DNA of 64,000 bases from an uncultured Spirochaetaceae bacterium (GTDB lineage Bacteria; Spirochaetota; Spirochaetia; DSM-27196; SLST01): NCBI GenBank assembly GCA_964625715.1, contig CAZVEF010000001.1, forward strand, positions 52,030-116,029, given 5' to 3'. Within the stretch, counting starts at the first letter, position 1. Each line of letters starts with the position of its first letter. The notes below the pieces were generated by a model. The model saw only the letters and a program-made list of their open reading frames with translations, ran no database searches and was not told the DNA's origin. Position numbers and translations under genes: made by a program. This document shows positions 62,299 to 64,000 of this stretch, in pieces.

Positions 62299-63044
62299 GG
62301 ATACTCCTTACGAACGACGACGGGATCGACAGCGCCGGCCTGGACGCGCTCAGGCGTGCGCTGTCCGGGCACGAGGTATGGATCATCGCGCCGGATGGGG
62401 AACGCAGCGCGCAGTCGCACTCGATCACCGTGCACGACCCCATCCGCTGTCGCCGGATGGGCGACAGTCTCTTCGCCACCAGCGGAACACCGGCGGATTG
62501 CGTCATTGTGGGTCTGCTCGCCGTCATGGACGAGAAGCCTGACGCGGTCGTGTCGGGTATCAACATCGGGCCGAACCTGGGAACGGACATTATCTACTCG
62601 GGTACGGTCGCCGCGGCCCGACAGGCCGCCTTCATGGGCACCCCGGGTATCGCGGTGAGCATCAACTCGTACACGCCCCCGTTCCACCTGGACCCGCTGG
62701 CCGCGTTCGTAGCGGGCAACCTCGAGCAGCTCGTGGGGCTGTGGAATCCACGCCATCTCATCAATATCAACGGTCCGAACATCGATTCACCCGAGCTCCC
62801 GGTGGAGATTACCTATCCGAGCTGGCGCGTCTATCACGATCAGCTGCAGGAGTTCACCGCTCCTCGCGGCGAGCGGTACTACTTCCTCAACGGCCATCCG
62901 GTGGAAACCCCCAGGGAACCGGGAAGCGACTGGACCGCGGTCGCCGAGGGAGCCATTTCGATCAGTCCCGTCTACCTCAACCCCATCGATCACCACGAGG
63001 ACGAGGCGTACGGTCGTGCGCATTTTGTGGCGAAGGGTGTATAA
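62295..63044 (+). CDS. surE: 5'/3'-nucleotidase SurE
   Basis: GTG 62295 overlaps the galK stop (GTGA). Motifs: RILLTNDDGIDSAGL, SGTPADCV, SGINIGPNLGTDIIYSGTVAAA. Confidence 0.93.
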   Translation: MRILLTNDDGIDSAGLDALRRALSGHEVWIIAPDGERSAQSHSITVHDPIRCRRMGDSLFATSGTPADCVIVGLLAVMDEKPDAVVSGINIGPNLGTDIIYSGTVAAARQAAFMGTPGIAVSINSYTPPFHLDPLAAFVAGNLEQLVGLWNPRHLININGPNIDSPELPVEITYPSWRVYHDQLQEFTAPRGERYYFLNGHPVETPREPGSDWTAVAEGAISISPVYLNPIDHHEDEAYGRAHFVAKGV

Positions 63045-63050
63045 TCTGCG

Positions 63051-63725
63051 ATGATGAACGAGGGCATCCGGCTTCTCAAACGAGGCCAGTACGAGCGTGC
63101 TCTTCAGCACCTGCTCGACGCGCACGTCGAATCGCCTGAGTATCCGGAGCTCTCGTACTACCTTGGCCTGTGCTACACGCATCTCGACCGTTATGACGAG
63201 GCGCTGCTCTACCTCGAGCAGGTGGTCACCTCGGAGCTTAGCTTCACGCACGTCTACCAGAGCCGCATGATCCTTGGCTACATCTACTCGGTCACCGGGC
63301 GCTACCGACTCGCGGAGTTCGAGTTCCGCAGGCTGCTCGACGACGGGTTCGATTCGGCGCGCACGCACGCGGCGCTCGGGTACGTGCTCTACGAGGAGGA
63401 GGACCTCGAGGGCGCGATCGCCGAGCTCGAGCGCGCGCTCGAGCTCGACCCCGACAACAGTAATGCGCTCAATTCGCTCGGCTTCATTCTTGCCGATACG
63501 GAACGCGACCCCCGTCGTGCGGTCGACTACTGCCGGCGCGCGGTCCGGCGGCAGCCGAGGAACCCGGTCTACCTCGATTCGCTCGGCTGGTCGTACTACA
63601 AGCTCGGTCGGACCGACGAGGCGCGCGACGTCCTTCGCTCTGCTCTCGAGGCGGCGCCGGGCAACCGGGATATCGCCTCCCACCTGCGCGAGATCATGCA
63701 CGGCCCCTCGGAGGCGCGCCGATGA
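63051..63725 (+). CDS. TPR-repeat protein
   Basis: TPR repeats are evident: YYLGLCYTHLDRYDEALLYLEQVV; ALGYVLYEEEDLEGAIAELERALELDPDNSNALNSLGFIL; YLDSLGWSYYKLGRTDEARDVLRSAL. Confidence 0.85.
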   Translation: MMNEGIRLLKRGQYERALQHLLDAHVESPEYPELSYYLGLCYTHLDRYDEALLYLEQVVTSELSFTHVYQSRMILGYIYSVTGRYRLAEFEFRRLLDDGFDSARTHAALGYVLYEEEDLEGAIAELERALELDPDNSNALNSLGFILADTERDPRRAVDYCRRAVRRQPRNPVYLDSLGWSYYKLGRTDEARDVLRSALEAAPGNRDIASHLREIMHGPSEARR

Positions 63726-64000
63726 CCGGTGCCCGCGAGAATCCCGCCGCACGCGTGGTGGTGCTCGTGGCGCTGCTGTTCGCGTCGAGCGGTGTCCCGG
63801 CTCAGAACGTCGACCTGAATCAGATCACGGCCGACGACGAGTTTCGGTGGGGCGTGACCGCGATGCACGACGGCAGGGTCAACGAGGCCATCGCGAGTTT
63901 CAACCGCAGTCTGAGCGCAGACAGCGACAGCGCCCTCACGAGGTACTGGCTCGGCCGCGCGTACTACTACGGCGGCTTCGAGCAGGCAGCGCTGGACGAG
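63722..64000 (+). CDS. Secreted TPR-like protein (5' part only; runs off the window)
   Basis: ATGA overlap with the preceding stop. Hand translation gives MTGARENPAARVVVLVALLFASSGVPAQNVDLNQ...GRVNEAIASFNRSLSADSDSALTRYWLGRAYYYGG, which remains open to position 64000. Confidence 0.7.
   Translation, partial: MTGARENPAARVVVLVALLFASSGVPAQNVDLNQITADDEFRWGVTAMHDGRVNEAIASFNRSLSADSDSALTRYWLGRAYYYGGFEQAALDE

Overview
Visibly GC-rich (strong GC3 bias), densely coding chromosomal segment from a diderm bacterium. The gene content tentatively suggests Spirochaetota: a grpE-dnaK-dnaJ operon without CIRCE, bactofilins, an anchored giant coiled-coil protein, PilZ/ComFB receptors and many TPR proteins. This placement is a guess from the sequence alone. 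I support about 56 CDS, one tRNA-Met(CAU), two clear intrinsic terminators and a family of sigma70-like promoters (TTGAC[A/G]-N17-TAnnnT). Recognisable housekeeping genes are mutL, grpE-dnaK-dnaJ, purF-purM-purN-purD, a TatD-family hydrolase, rpsT, HU/IHF, two lnt paralogues, rho, rpmE, galK-like, surE, plsC, two fused ABC exporters and a SpoU methyltransferase. I saw no rRNA, CRISPR array, transposase, integrase or prophage gene. Most long ORFs antisense to these genes are GC-driven artefacts. The loci I consider most worth a second look are listed here in order of interest. (1) A three-gene outer-membrane operon at 5290-13941. It encodes a 1606-aa secreted giant plus two paralogous barrel-like proteins, one fused to a FecR domain, and might be a SprA-like translocon module. 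(2) A pore-less voltage-sensor domain fused to a periplasmic loop and a HAMP domain with no output (14934-16055). (3) A Lol-like ABC / LolA-like / acidic OMP operon at 27544-33830. (4) Two bactofilin operons, one M23-peptidase-linked and one response-regulator-linked. (5) A membrane-anchored 1084-aa coiled coil ending in an HTH-like tail. (6) A degenerate cyclase-like/AAA_16-like/TPR protein next to PilZ, ComFB and HD proteins. All functional calls are from hand-read motifs, and no database search was possible.
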